Assembly: GCA_000503835.1 (NCBI GenBank)
Contig: CP006914.1
Span: forward strand, 721,680 to 785,679
Direction: 5' to 3'
DNA: 64,000 nucleotides
Source of the DNA: a candidate division WWE3 bacterium RAAC2_WWE3_1
GTDB lineage: Bacteria > Patescibacteriota > WWE3 > UBA101185 > UBA10185
The notes beneath the pieces were generated by a model, which searched no databases, had not been told where the DNA came from, and saw nothing but the letters and a program-made list of their open reading frames with translations. This document shows, one piece after another, positions 1-9,573 of the stretch. How positions within the stretch are numbered: the stretch's first letter is position 1; each line of letters starts with the position of its first letter. Both the position numbers and the translations under genes were made by a program.

Positions 1-2
1 AA

Positions 3-416
3 TTTTACGTTTTTGATAACTTTTCCTCATTTCAAGTAGAATACGATGGTTATTTATGGGCTACTTCCGAACATGCCTATCAGGCAAAAAAATTCAAAGA
101 TACTTCACCTGAAGTATATGACAAAATTAAACATACTCGCTCTGCACACGATGCCCAAAAGGTTGCAAATGAAAATAAGAGTGTCCAAAATCCTAATTGG
201 AATACTGTAAAAAAAGAAGTTATGAAAGAGATTCTCCGAAATAAGATTAACCAACACCCATATGTCTTAAAAAAACTTCTTCAGACAGGCACAAGAGAAA
301 TAATAGAGGATTCGTGGAGAGATGCTACTTGGGGGTGGGGCCCTAATAAAGAAGGGAAGAATCTTTTAGGAGCACTGTGGATGGAATTGCGTGACGAGTA
401 CAAAGAGAAACCCTAA
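3..416 (+). CDS. NADAR (YbiA-like) family protein, 5'-truncated by window edge
   Basis: Frame is open from position 3: FYVFDNFSSFQVEYDGYLWATSEHAYQAKKF...LLQTGTREIIEDSWRDATWGWGPNKEGKNLLGALWMELR. SEHxYQAxKF and WG..G.N.LG..LM motifs are typical of NADAR. Confidence 0.85.
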   Translation, partial: FYVFDNFSSFQVEYDGYLWATSEHAYQAKKFKDTSPEVYDKIKHTRSAHDAQKVANENKSVQNPNWNTVKKEVMKEILRNKINQHPYVLKKLLQTGTREIIEDSWRDATWGWGPNKEGKNLLGALWMELRDEYKEKP

Positions 417-478
417 CTTACCAAAAATAAGGGGTCATCATGTTTAAATTTCCTTCATGATCTTTGAAAGACTCGTAT

Positions 479-1216
479 TTAATATATATTACCAACCAGA
501 ACATCACCTTTTACAGGAATACAAGTGTACACGTCTGCGTTTGGAGCAACAAAACAATATTTTTCCGGCTCTCGTTTAAGTAGCCGGACTTGAATGACCG
601 TGTTTTTTACTGTGTCCTTAACCCTTGTAACTATTGTATCGAAGGTATTGTCATCCAGTTCGAACGTTGTTTTAAAGTGGTTACCTCTATTTATTGGATT
701 AAATTCCATCAACGTCCAATAATCTATTTTTTTACTTTCCAAAAAATTGCCGATATTTACTATGTCATCAGAATTTATCTTAGTTATAAGCGTCTTAACA
801 TTCACAGGAATACCGATTTCGATAATCTGGTCTAGCAACCGGATAACACTCGTGTATGCTTTGGGGTCCTTTCTCATGCTCACACATATATTTTCAGTTG
901 ATCCATCCAAAGATAGACTAATTCTGGTTACTAATGGTCGGATTAAATTTAATAGAGAGGCATCAAACTTTACTGCGTTTGTATGTACAGTTGTGGCAAT
1001 CCCGTTTTCTTTAAATCGCTTCAAAACATTTACAAAATCTTTATTTATAGATGGTTCCCCGCCGCTTATCGTCACTTGTTTAAACCCGGCTCTTATTATA
1101 TTGTCAATAATATTTTCCTTAATTTCCCACGAAACATCTTGAACGCGCATATCCCAGAAACAAAAATCGCAGCTGAGATTACAACTATTTCCCAGCAAAT
1201 AATGAATCCCTTTCAT
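479..1216 (-). CDS. Radical SAM protein (viperin-like layout)
   Basis: CNLSCDFC (CxxxCxxC), ISGGEP and SLDG motifs; 245 aa. Confidence 0.85.
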   Translation of the reverse strand: MKGIHYLLGNSCNLSCDFCFWDMRVQDVSWEIKENIIDNIIRAGFKQVTISGGEPSINKDFVNVLKRFKENGIATTVHTNAVKFDASLLNLIRPLVTRISLSLDGSTENICVSMRKDPKAYTSVIRLLDQIIEIGIPVNVKTLITKINSDDIVNIGNFLESKKIDYWTLMEFNPINRGNHFKTTFELDDNTFDTIVTRVKDTVKNTVIQVRLLKREPEKYCFVAPNADVYTCIPVKGDVLVGNIY

Positions 1217-1311
1217 ACATTGAGTATATTACTTTTGATTGTACCTCGGTTACAGCCTTTTATGACAACATGACATTTGGGTAGTTACTAAAGAGTTCCA
1301 AAGTTAGCATG

Positions 1312-1833
1312 CTACAGCTCAGAAAGTAAGTGTTCTACGATCTTTGTAGTTGATTTGGACTTTTCATAGTTTATATCAAGTAAATTGATGCCGAGTTTAT
1401 TAGCCCTTTTTTCTTTGCTCTTCCAGTATTTATCCATCTTTTTGGTGGTTATAAGATAGTGCGGTGTCACCGTTTTAAGTATATTGCTGTGTATTCTTGT
1501 TGCTTCTTTGTCATTACTGTAATCAAAGGTATCAATAATTGGAAATACATAATCTATATATTGCACAGCCTCTAAAAACCTCGTCCTAGAGTTTTGATTA
1601 TTTATTGGTCTATTAACTCCTTTTGATTTTCTGATTGTTTCATCATTTTCTACACCTACTATCAAAATATCTACCTGATTTTTTGCAGATTGGAATAATG
1701 CAATATGACCAATATGTAAAATATCAAAACATCCTGTAATTAAACCAATAGTTTTACCCTTCTTCTTATATTTACTAACGATTACCGGAAGCTCTGAAAT
1801 TAGCCTTATTTTACCTTTGCTCATTAAAACCAT
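1312..1833 (-). CDS. Cytidylyl/adenylyltransferase (RfaE domain II/TagD-like)
   Basis: GCFDILHIGH (HIGH motif), KGxxRP and C-terminal STT motif. Confidence 0.85.
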   Translation of the reverse strand: MVLMSKGKIRLISELPVIVSKYKKKGKTIGLITGCFDILHIGHIALFQSAKNQVDILIVGVENDETIRKSKGVNRPINNQNSRTRFLEAVQYIDYVFPIIDTFDYSNDKEATRIHSNILKTVTPHYLITTKKMDKYWKSKEKRANKLGINLLDINYEKSKSTTKIVEHLLSEL

Positions 1834-1948
1834 TATACTATCTGCATGTTGGAGAAGAGTGTGGGTGTTTTATTAAAGAAAGTTCCAAGTATGCCCCATG
1901 CCTCCCCCGGGAATTTACGACAGGCTCTAGCCCCGTGAAATCGCTTTA

Positions 1949-3514
1949 GTGAAGTATCTTGATATACTTCATACAGTGTCTCTTTCAAAACCCATTTTAG
2001 CTAAAATTGTACTCTCCCTATTACTAATTCTTGTATTTGCCTCCTTTTTTCCCAAGAAAATAAATTTGGTAATAGCGGACCTGGGGCAGCATTTGAAAAC
2101 AGGAGAGATTTTTTTTAACACGGGCCGGATTATTAAATCAAATTACTATTCCTACACCGAACCTGACCGCCCTGCAGTAAATCACCGTTGGTTGTCAGGG
2201 GTGATTTTTTATGTCGTTTACAAGTATTTTGATTTCGTAGGGTTGAGTATTTTCTTCGCCCTGCTGTCCGGCGTAACTTTATTCATATTTTTTCGGTTGA
2301 TACACAAGAAGGTAGGATTTGTCTGCGCCATCGCATTAATATTTTTGGCATCCCCATTCATACTTTCACGCGTGGAAATCAGACCCGAAGTGTTTAGCCA
2401 TCTTTTTACCGGCCTTTACCTTTACTTGTTTGCGCAATATCGGGAGGGGCGTCTTAAATTCAATAAACTCTTGATTATTGTTTTTCTGATACAGGTGTTG
2501 TGGGTCAACGCGCACCTATTTTTTGTAATCGGGCTATTTTTGTCTTTAGTATTTGCATTTAATTTTTACCTGGAAAATAGATACGATTCTATGCGAAATT
2601 TCCTATCACTTTTTGTGTTGCTTGTTGTCGCAAGCTTAATCAACCCGTCCGGTATTTACGGTGTCTTTGAGCCCTTTGCAATTTTTAGAGAGTATGGCGT
2701 CGATGTTAGTGAAAATGTCGGATTGATAAATTTCTTTTCTTTGGCCTCAGAAATTCCGAATAGTAAAGGATTTTTGTTTATGTTTTTTACCGTATTTATT
2801 TTAGGAATTTTCTCCGGTGTATTTGTCCTCCGTAGGTTTAAAAACAGGAAGGATTGGGTGTGGCTAATCTTATTTATTATCTTTGGGTCCGCTCCTTTAA
2901 TGATGGTAAGACTAGTTGCTGTGTTCGGGTACTACTCAATATTATATTTTGGGACATTGCTCGCAAACTTTCCCGTACTCATTCAGCGCGCCTCGAAAGT
3001 TTTTAGATATTTCATTCCTTTTTTCATAATTAACGGGCCTTTTCTTTTCCCTAACTATGGTGTTGGATTAAGGCCGGCCGTTCAGGATTCGGCTAATTTT
3101 TTCAAGTATAACAACTTACACGGGCCGATTTTTAATAATTACGATATAGGAGGTTACCTTATATATAATCTCTTTCCGGAAGAACGCGTATTTGTAGATA
3201 ATCGTCCGGAGGCTTATTCTGTTTCTTTTGCCGGGAAAGCGACCGGGCGGTTGGGTAGCGATGAAGCAGCATGGGAAAAACTGGACATGGAGTACCGGTT
3301 TAATACAATCTATCTTTCTCTCTGGGGCAAAAAAGATAGTACAAAAGAATTTCTATTTAAGCGTTTCGGGGATGCACGGTGGAGTACGGTGTTTATGGAT
3401 GGTTACGCAATAATTTTAGTTAGGGATATTCCGGAATTTGATAACGTGGTACATGACTATCGTATATCAAATCCAGGCGAGAGATATTTGTCGGAACCCC
3501 AGCCGCCTTACTAA
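1949..3514 (+). CDS. Multi-pass membrane protein, probable GT-C fold glycosyltransferase
   Basis: DLGxHL, RPE, LWVNxH, NPxG and VFVDxR motifs; many TM segments. Start codon uncertain. Confidence 0.6.
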   Translation: MKYLDILHTVSLSKPILAKIVLSLLLILVFASFFPKKINLVIADLGQHLKTGEIFFNTGRIIKSNYYSYTEPDRPAVNHRWLSGVIFYVVYKYFDFVGLSIFFALLSGVTLFIFFRLIHKKVGFVCAIALIFLASPFILSRVEIRPEVFSHLFTGLYLYLFAQYREGRLKFNKLLIIVFLIQVLWVNAHLFFVIGLFLSLVFAFNFYLENRYDSMRNFLSLFVLLVVASLINPSGIYGVFEPFAIFREYGVDVSENVGLINFFSLASEIPNSKGFLFMFFTVFILGIFSGVFVLRRFKNRKDWVWLILFIIFGSAPLMMVRLVAVFGYYSILYFGTLLANFPVLIQRASKVFRYFIPFFIINGPFLFPNYGVGLRPAVQDSANFFKYNNLHGPIFNNYDIGGYLIYNLFPEERVFVDNRPEAYSVSFAGKATGRLGSDEAAWEKLDMEYRFNTIYLSLWGKKDSTKEFLFKRFGDARWSTVFMDGYAIILVRDIPEFDNVVHDYRISNPGERYLSEPQPPY

Positions 3515-3627
3515 AACGCCCCGCTTTACTCCAACTTCCTTATTGATAACCCACAGCTAAGAAACCAAAATGCCCCCAAAACGGTTAAAAAATCGTCCGG
3601 GGGCTTCATTTTGATAGAATATAAATC

Positions 3628-4356
3628 ATGAAAACAGAAATGATATTAACTAAAACTCAAATTGTCCCTCACATTAGAAACGAACTGAAGAAAAATGCAG
3701 ACGCCAAAACTCTGGCAAGCTTTCAAAGGTTTTTTAAGCAGACTGTTTTGTGCCACGGAGTGAAGTCCGGAGTAGTCGGAAAAATCGCTAATGAAAACTT
3801 TATTCATGTAAGTGGGTTGAGCAAAAAAGAATTATTTTCAGTTGCCGAGGATCTTTTTAAATCGGGATACTGCGAAGAGTCCTGGGTTGCCGCAGGATGG
3901 GTACATCGAAAGGGAGATTTTGCCGAAAGCGATTTTCCAATTTACGAACGCTGGATTGACAAGTATATCGACAATTGGGCGGAATGTGACACGTTTTGTA
4001 ACCATACCGTCGGTGCCTTTATAGAAAAATATCCTAAGTATGTTAGTAAACTCAAAGTTTGGGCCGGGAGTAAAAATCTCTGGTTACGTAGGGCAGCGGC
4101 AGTAAGCTTAATTATTCCCGCCAAAGAAGGTAAGTTTCTAAAGGATGTTTTCGAAATTGCGGATATTTTATTAACAGACAAAGAGGATATGGTTCAAAAG
4201 GGATATGGGTGGCTGTTAAAAGTCGCGGGCAGCAAACATCAAAAAGAGGTGTTCGATTACGTTCAGAAAAATAAAGATAAAATGCCTCGTACCGCGCTGA
4301 GATACGCAATAGAGAAGATGCCGGAAAATCTAAAAAAACGCGCGATGGCAAAGTGA
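3628..4356 (+). CDS. DNA alkylation repair protein (AlkD-like HEAT-repeat glycosylase)
   Basis: IDNWAECD, WLRRAA, DMVQKGYGWLLK and RTALRYAIEK motifs. Confidence 0.9.
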   Translation: MKTEMILTKTQIVPHIRNELKKNADAKTLASFQRFFKQTVLCHGVKSGVVGKIANENFIHVSGLSKKELFSVAEDLFKSGYCEESWVAAGWVHRKGDFAESDFPIYERWIDKYIDNWAECDTFCNHTVGAFIEKYPKYVSKLKVWAGSKNLWLRRAAAVSLIIPAKEGKFLKDVFEIADILLTDKEDMVQKGYGWLLKVAGSKHQKEVFDYVQKNKDKMPRTALRYAIEKMPENLKKRAMAK

Positions 4357-4387
4357 CCTCCTGCACAACAAGTTGATATAATGAATC

Positions 4388-5467
4388 ATGAAGTTTATCG
4401 TCAGCGCCGGAGGCCAGGGCACGAAACTATGGCCATACAGCAGAGAAAATAACCCCAAGCAATTTCAGAAAATCTTAAACGGAGAATCGCTTTTTTCATA
4501 CAACGTAAAAACTTTACTTAGAAAATACCCCGCAAACGATATTCTTATTTCGACCAAAGACCGGTACGTAAAAATCGCGCGTGAGCAGGTTCCGCAGATA
4601 CCTTTGGAAAATTATATTCTAGAGCCGGACACACCTAAGAACAGAGGTCCCGCCGACGGACTAGCAATTGTTTACCTCGACGTTAAATTTCCGGGCGAAC
4701 CCTTTATGATCGTTCAGTCGGATTGCGTCAGAATTCCCGAAAACAATTATCTATTATTAATAGAAACTGCCGAAAAGCTAGTGAAAGAATATAAAAAGTT
4801 TATTTCGGGCGGAATTGCTGTCACATACCCCGACCTTGGGGTTGACTACCTAAAGCTCGGCAGAAAAATCCATTCTTATGGGAACGTCGATGTTTATGAA
4901 GCAAAAGAATTCGTTGACCGCCGTTCAAATTATGTTGAAACGAAAGAACTCATCGAAAATTTTAACGTTGTAAAGCACAGCAACCACAACTGCTGGTACC
5001 CACAACTGCTGTTAGAAGCGTATGAAAGATACAAACCGGATTGGTATACGGCGCTAATGCAGATTAGAAAAATTATTAGTGAAACGAACAGTCTCGAGGG
5101 CGTTTCAGCTATTTATCAGGGAATGGAAGCCGGTGCAACCGAAATCGTCACCCGCCATTTATTTAAAGACGCGCTGATTTTGCAGCTCAATTATAATTGG
5201 GTCGACATCGGTACGTGGAATTCGCTTTACGAGTATGTCGCGCGTAAAGATCAGGTGTACAAAGAGGGAAACGTGATTGCCCTGGACTCAAAAAGCTCTT
5301 TGATTAAAAGTGACAATCCCGACAAACTGATAGCGGTGTTCGGACTAAAGGATATGGTGGTTGTAGATACTGCGGACACGCTGTTGATTGTGCCTAAAGA
5401 TAAAACCGACAAAATCAAAGACATTCAGGACGAGCTGCGCAGTAAAAAGCTGGACAAGTATTTGTAG
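4388..5467 (+). CDS. Mannose-1-phosphate guanylyltransferase-like nucleotidyltransferase
   Basis: AGGQGTKLWPYSR..PKQF, WxDIGTW and a C-terminal beta-helix with VVVDTADTLL. Confidence 0.85.
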   Translation: MKFIVSAGGQGTKLWPYSRENNPKQFQKILNGESLFSYNVKTLLRKYPANDILISTKDRYVKIAREQVPQIPLENYILEPDTPKNRGPADGLAIVYLDVKFPGEPFMIVQSDCVRIPENNYLLLIETAEKLVKEYKKFISGGIAVTYPDLGVDYLKLGRKIHSYGNVDVYEAKEFVDRRSNYVETKELIENFNVVKHSNHNCWYPQLLLEAYERYKPDWYTALMQIRKIISETNSLEGVSAIYQGMEAGATEIVTRHLFKDALILQLNYNWVDIGTWNSLYEYVARKDQVYKEGNVIALDSKSSLIKSDNPDKLIAVFGLKDMVVVDTADTLLIVPKDKTDKIKDIQDELRSKKLDKYL

Positions 5468-5535
5468 GATTTATAGGGTAGGACGGTTCAAGTTTGTGTT
5501 AAAATCAAGGCTGTTCCGGTGCTAAATGCGGCTTT

Positions 5536-5625
5536 GGAGGGATGCGAGAGCGGTCTAATCGGCTCGCTTGGAAAGCGACGCGTCGCGAAAGCGGCACGAG
5601 GGTTCGAACCCCTCTCCCTCCGCCA
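5536..5625 (+). tRNA. tRNA-Ser(GGA)
   Basis: GGAGGGA acceptor pairs with TCCCTCC-G-CCA; loop TT GGA AA; long variable arm; GGTTCGAA T-loop. Confidence 0.93.
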
Positions 5626-5838
5626 TGCCTTCGGCAGACTTGCCGACAGGTAAGGCTGACGAAGCATTGCTGAAGTGAATTGGTTCGAAAGGCGCAGGCA
5701 CGACGGTACCGAGCCGGGGTCGACGGAATTCTCAGCAGAGAATTACCGGTGACCGAACCCCATAATTTGAGCTACGCGAGAATTATACAAGGAAGCGCAG
5801 CGAGTACTTGAGCGAGCAAGCTTTTACTCCCTCCGCCA
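5614..5838 (+). repeat. ~210-bp element bounded by a 12-bp direct repeat of the tRNA-Ser 3' end (CTCCCTCCGCCA)
   Basis: Copies at 5614-5625 and 5827-5838; the interior is GC-rich and hairpin-rich. Confidence 0.65.
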
Positions 5839-5883
5839 AAAAATTCTTTTCAAAAATAAGCATAAAAAACGCCCCGGCAATAT

Positions 5884-6741
5884 CTAATTGATATGCAAGG
5901 GCGTGTAAGACGCTTCTAGTACATTTAACAAAATCACGTAACGATAGTAGGTAGGTTCCAGATTGGGACCCCATCCGCAGAAGTTAATCATTATTTCGTG
6001 GCCGTTATTTTTTACGGTTTCGAAAGCTTCTGCATTTCCTATCGATTCGTATCTGCCGTCAGTGACTATGTCTAGTACTTGCTCCGGATTTAGTCGTATT
6101 TCTTCGGCAGCGTTGTGATCCATTCTAATTGCTGCCACAACTTCTACTTCAACCTTAGTTCCGCTTGAGTAGAGTTTTCCTCTGCTTCCCACGGCTTGCT
6201 GAAGTTTCTTGAGGACGGATTCTTCGGAAGTTTTTCCCCGACGTTCAAAGTAAAATCGAAAGGGTTCTGCTTCCAACGGTTCGTCTTTATGGTACCCGGA
6301 GTGGATTCCAATCAAAATATTTCCATAATTTTCTGCTCTGGAAACACCGATCCCGTTTCCTACTTCCAAACCTTCGGAGGTACTTGCGTAACCCCCAAGA
6401 TTTACGGGACTAATCAATTCCGCCGAGATCTCGATTCCCTCAAATCCGCCACCATCAAATTGCATGACGACAGGACCGATAGAGAGGTCTATATTGCCGT
6501 CTGCCGCCCGGAAGATATAAGGATTTACCTCTTCTTTCGGGAGTGGGGTTGGCGTGGCGGTTGTCAAAGGCTGCTTGGTGGCAATAATTTCCTGGAGTAC
6601 GGGAGTATTCCCGAGTACTTCAAGATCTTTTGTTGCCGCAAATTCGGATTTTGCGATACGCGGTGCGCTTGTTTTGTATGTCGCAAAATCAAACGACAGT
6701 ATCGCAAGTATCAAAAATACCATCAGGCCCAATTTTTTCAT
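5884..6741 (-). CDS. Sortase-like protein
   Basis: N-terminal TM anchor; GNILIGIHSG (His), IMINFCGW (Cys) and YYRYVI (Arg) occur in sortase order and spacing. Confidence 0.6.
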   Translation of the reverse strand: MKKLGLMVFLILAILSFDFATYKTSAPRIAKSEFAATKDLEVLGNTPVLQEIIATKQPLTTATPTPLPKEEVNPYIFRAADGNIDLSIGPVVMQFDGGGFEGIEISAELISPVNLGGYASTSEGLEVGNGIGVSRAENYGNILIGIHSGYHKDEPLEAEPFRFYFERRGKTSEESVLKKLQQAVGSRGKLYSSGTKVEVEVVAAIRMDHNAAEEIRLNPEQVLDIVTDGRYESIGNAEAFETVKNNGHEIMINFCGWGPNLEPTYYRYVILLNVLEASYTPLHIN

Positions 6742-6810
6742 CGGAACCTCCGTGAATAAACGTGGGAGAGGCGCTAAGAAATTTTTCGCTTAACGCCTCT
6801 CCGATAAGGG

Positions 6811-7572
6811 TTACATTATTTTCTTAATAATCACCGCTGCCGCTGTTACAAGCACCAGAACGTACAGCCAAATATTATCGGCGCGTTCCGGAACTTCACC
6901 GCCTAACGATGGTTCTGTTGGCGTGGGGTCGGCGGGCGGTATGTCGGTTATTGTGACAACCGGGGTGCCCGTTTCTTCGGGTGTACTTGTGGGTGTCACA
7001 GTCGAAGGAGTTTGGGTGATCGTTCCCGTTGGAGTTTCTGTAATTGTAACAGTCTCTGTCGGGGTAACGGTAACCGTCTCGGTTTGCGTTTCTGTTTTTG
7101 TTGGGGTGATGGTGTTGGTTGGTGTTACGGTCTCTGTTTCGGTTGGCGTTTCCGTTGTGGATACAACTGTTGTCACCACGGGTGTGGGTGTAATTTCACC
7201 GCATGGACCGTGAGAAAGAACAAATTGTCCATCCCAACCAACGTAAATTTCCGCCGTCGCTTCGGTGATGTAACTGCCCAGGTTGGAAGTGGTGCGATAA
7301 TGCGCGGCACCTCCGGTAAAACTGAACCTGTTTACATCCTCCTTAGCGCCGTTTAACCATTCTACTGTGATGTGGTCCGGTGCTTGCTCTACCGAACCAA
7401 TCTGGTTAATTATGATTTCCCACACAGTCGAATCGCAACCGTGGTCTTTCAAAGACCCGTCCTTGATAGAAATGGTCATCGTTTCGCTTACCTGCGCGTT
7501 TGCAGATAAAGCGGCAGTACCAAGTACTGCGATTAAACCCAGCGTTACTACTAACCGTACAAAAGTTTTCAC
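6811..7572 (-). CDS. Secreted Thr/Pro-rich surface protein with C-terminal sorting-signal-like tail
   Basis: Signal peptide, TETPT/TVTPT low-complexity stalk, then VPERA + hydrophobic helix + KK. Confidence 0.7.
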   Translation of the reverse strand: MKTFVRLVVTLGLIAVLGTAALSANAQVSETMTISIKDGSLKDHGCDSTVWEIIINQIGSVEQAPDHITVEWLNGAKEDVNRFSFTGGAAHYRTTSNLGSYITEATAEIYVGWDGQFVLSHGPCGEITPTPVVTTVVSTTETPTETETVTPTNTITPTKTETQTETVTVTPTETVTITETPTGTITQTPSTVTPTSTPEETGTPVVTITDIPPADPTPTEPSLGGEVPERADNIWLYVLVLVTAAAVIIKKIM

Positions 7573-7780
7573 CTTTTCCTCCTAATATAATATTGGTTTA
7601 TCAACGTGCGTTAGATGATTACAGCCTCATTAAAGGCTTTGGTATTATAACACCCCATAGCCGTTTGGTAAAGTACTATAGGGTCGAAATGCACAGCCTA
7701 AAATACCGTTCAATCCCGTCTGCTCAACCATTTTTGGGTTTTGTTTGTGATTTAATCCGAGGTATGCTATACAAAGAACA

Positions 7781-9541
7781 ATGGACACGATTAATGAGAT
7801 CAAGCAGAAAATAGATATTGTCGACCTGGTAGGCTCCTACGTAAGTTTGAAAAAAGCAGGCCGCAACTATAAGGGCATTTGTCCCTTTCATTCCGAGAAT
7901 ACCCCCTCTTTTATGGTTTCACCCGAGCTTCAGATTTTCAAGTGTTTCGGTTGTGGTGAAGCGGGTGACATTTTTAAATTTGTCGAAAAAATCGAAGGCA
8001 TTGAATTTTCGGCAGCGTTAGAACAGCTGGCGGTAAAAGCCGGTATAAAACTTGAGAAAAAAGATTACGATCCGGAATCGGCCAGGAGAAAAGAGCTGTA
8101 TCAGATAAACAGTCTGACGGCAAAGTATTACCACTATATTTTAACTAAGCACCCGCAGGGAAAACCCGGATTGGACTATCTTACACAGAAAAGAAAACTC
8201 ACCCCGGAGACGATTGACTTCTTTCAAATGGGGTACGCTCCGGATACCTGGGATTCCCTCCACAACTTCCTTAAAAAACAGGGCATACACGAGAACGAGA
8301 TGTTAGACGCCGGGGTAATTTCCGAAAAAAGTTCAGGCGACGGTTATATCGATAAATTCCGTGGCAGAGTAGTTTTTCCCTTCAAGGGAATTGACGGGAA
8401 CATTGTCGGTTTTAACGGCAGAACTATACTGGACCGCGAACCCAAGTATTTAAACACTGCAGAAACGGCTGTATTCCACAAAGGAACTTTTCTGTTTAAT
8501 TTGGTAAACGCCAGGATAGATATAAAAAAGCACGGTGCCGTCGTGGTTGAGGGGCAAATGGATGTTATAAGTGCTTACCAGGACGGAATAAGAAATATGG
8601 TGGCTTCTTCCGGCACAGCGTTGGCGGAGAACCAGCTAAAAATCCTGCAAAGGTACACTAACGACCTTACATTCTGTTTTGACGCAGATTCTGCAGGAGT
8701 AAACGCAGTTTACCGCGCGGTAGAAATTGCCGAAAAGCTGGGATTTAACATAAAAGTGGCTTTAATTCCGGCTCCTTACAAAGATATAGACGAAGTACTT
8801 AAGGCAGAACCGGAAAAGGCCAAAATCGCTATCCGCGACGCAGTAGATGTTTATGATTTCTACATATCCAGCACACTTAAAGCTAATAGCAAAGAGTCCG
8901 CTCTGGGAAAAAAGATTATATTAGAAGCTTTGGTACCCGTCTTTTCAAAAATAAATAATCCGGTAATTGTGGACCACTATTCAAAAATGCTGGCTACGGA
9001 ACTCGGACTATCCGAAGACACCGTGACTACCATGTTCAAAGGAGGTACCCTGGGCAATTACGTCGGTCCGGAAGACGACCAGAAAATACCTCTTTTGTCG
9101 CGGGACAACCCTGAAGGATACTTTCTAGCCCTTCTCTTCAAGGCGGATATTGACATAATGCGTGAATACGCGTATAAGATGGACGTTGAGGATTTCTTAA
9201 ACCCTATAGTGGTTAATATCTATGAGGCCTTAGTTGCCTACTTAAAAGAAGACAGAAAATCCTTCAACATTAAACAAGTCATAAAAAAAGCCGAAGAAGG
9301 CCATCATGACAACATTTCGGAACTTTACCTTTGGGATTTTGATGGTATTATTGAGGTCGAGTCCCCTCAGATACTTGAGAGGGAGATTGAAAGTGTATTT
9401 AAACGTATTAAAAAAGATTCTGCTAAACGGGCAGTGAAAGCTTTGACGGAGAAGATAAAGGTTGCGGAACTGGAGAAAGATTGGGACCTGGTTCTAAAAC
9501 TAACAAAAAAGGTAGAAAAACTTAAAAAATCGTTTCTATAA
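7781..9541 (+). CDS. dnaG: DNA primase
   Basis: CPFH..ENTPSF..CFGC zinc finger, PKYLN, VEGQMDV and FDAD TOPRIM motifs. Confidence 0.97.
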   Translation: MDTINEIKQKIDIVDLVGSYVSLKKAGRNYKGICPFHSENTPSFMVSPELQIFKCFGCGEAGDIFKFVEKIEGIEFSAALEQLAVKAGIKLEKKDYDPESARRKELYQINSLTAKYYHYILTKHPQGKPGLDYLTQKRKLTPETIDFFQMGYAPDTWDSLHNFLKKQGIHENEMLDAGVISEKSSGDGYIDKFRGRVVFPFKGIDGNIVGFNGRTILDREPKYLNTAETAVFHKGTFLFNLVNARIDIKKHGAVVVEGQMDVISAYQDGIRNMVASSGTALAENQLKILQRYTNDLTFCFDADSAGVNAVYRAVEIAEKLGFNIKVALIPAPYKDIDEVLKAEPEKAKIAIRDAVDVYDFYISSTLKANSKESALGKKIILEALVPVFSKINNPVIVDHYSKMLATELGLSEDTVTTMFKGGTLGNYVGPEDDQKIPLLSRDNPEGYFLALLFKADIDIMREYAYKMDVEDFLNPIVVNIYEALVAYLKEDRKSFNIKQVIKKAEEGHHDNISELYLWDFDGIIEVESPQILEREIESVFKRIKKDSAKRAVKALTEKIKVAELEKDWDLVLKLTKKVEKLKKSFL

Positions 9542-9573
9542 AGTATAAATTTTCCTAATAATCAAACTTAAAC

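Noticed and set aside
1898-1916. TGCCTCCCCCGGGAATT as a tRNA-derived att scar bounding the AT-rich left cluster
   Set aside because: Too short, and no matching tRNA is present in the window; cannot be supported.
5656-5692. Hammerhead ribozyme (CTGACGA...GAA)
   Set aside because: After the short stem II the sequence is GAAG rather than GAAA, and I could not build stems I and III.
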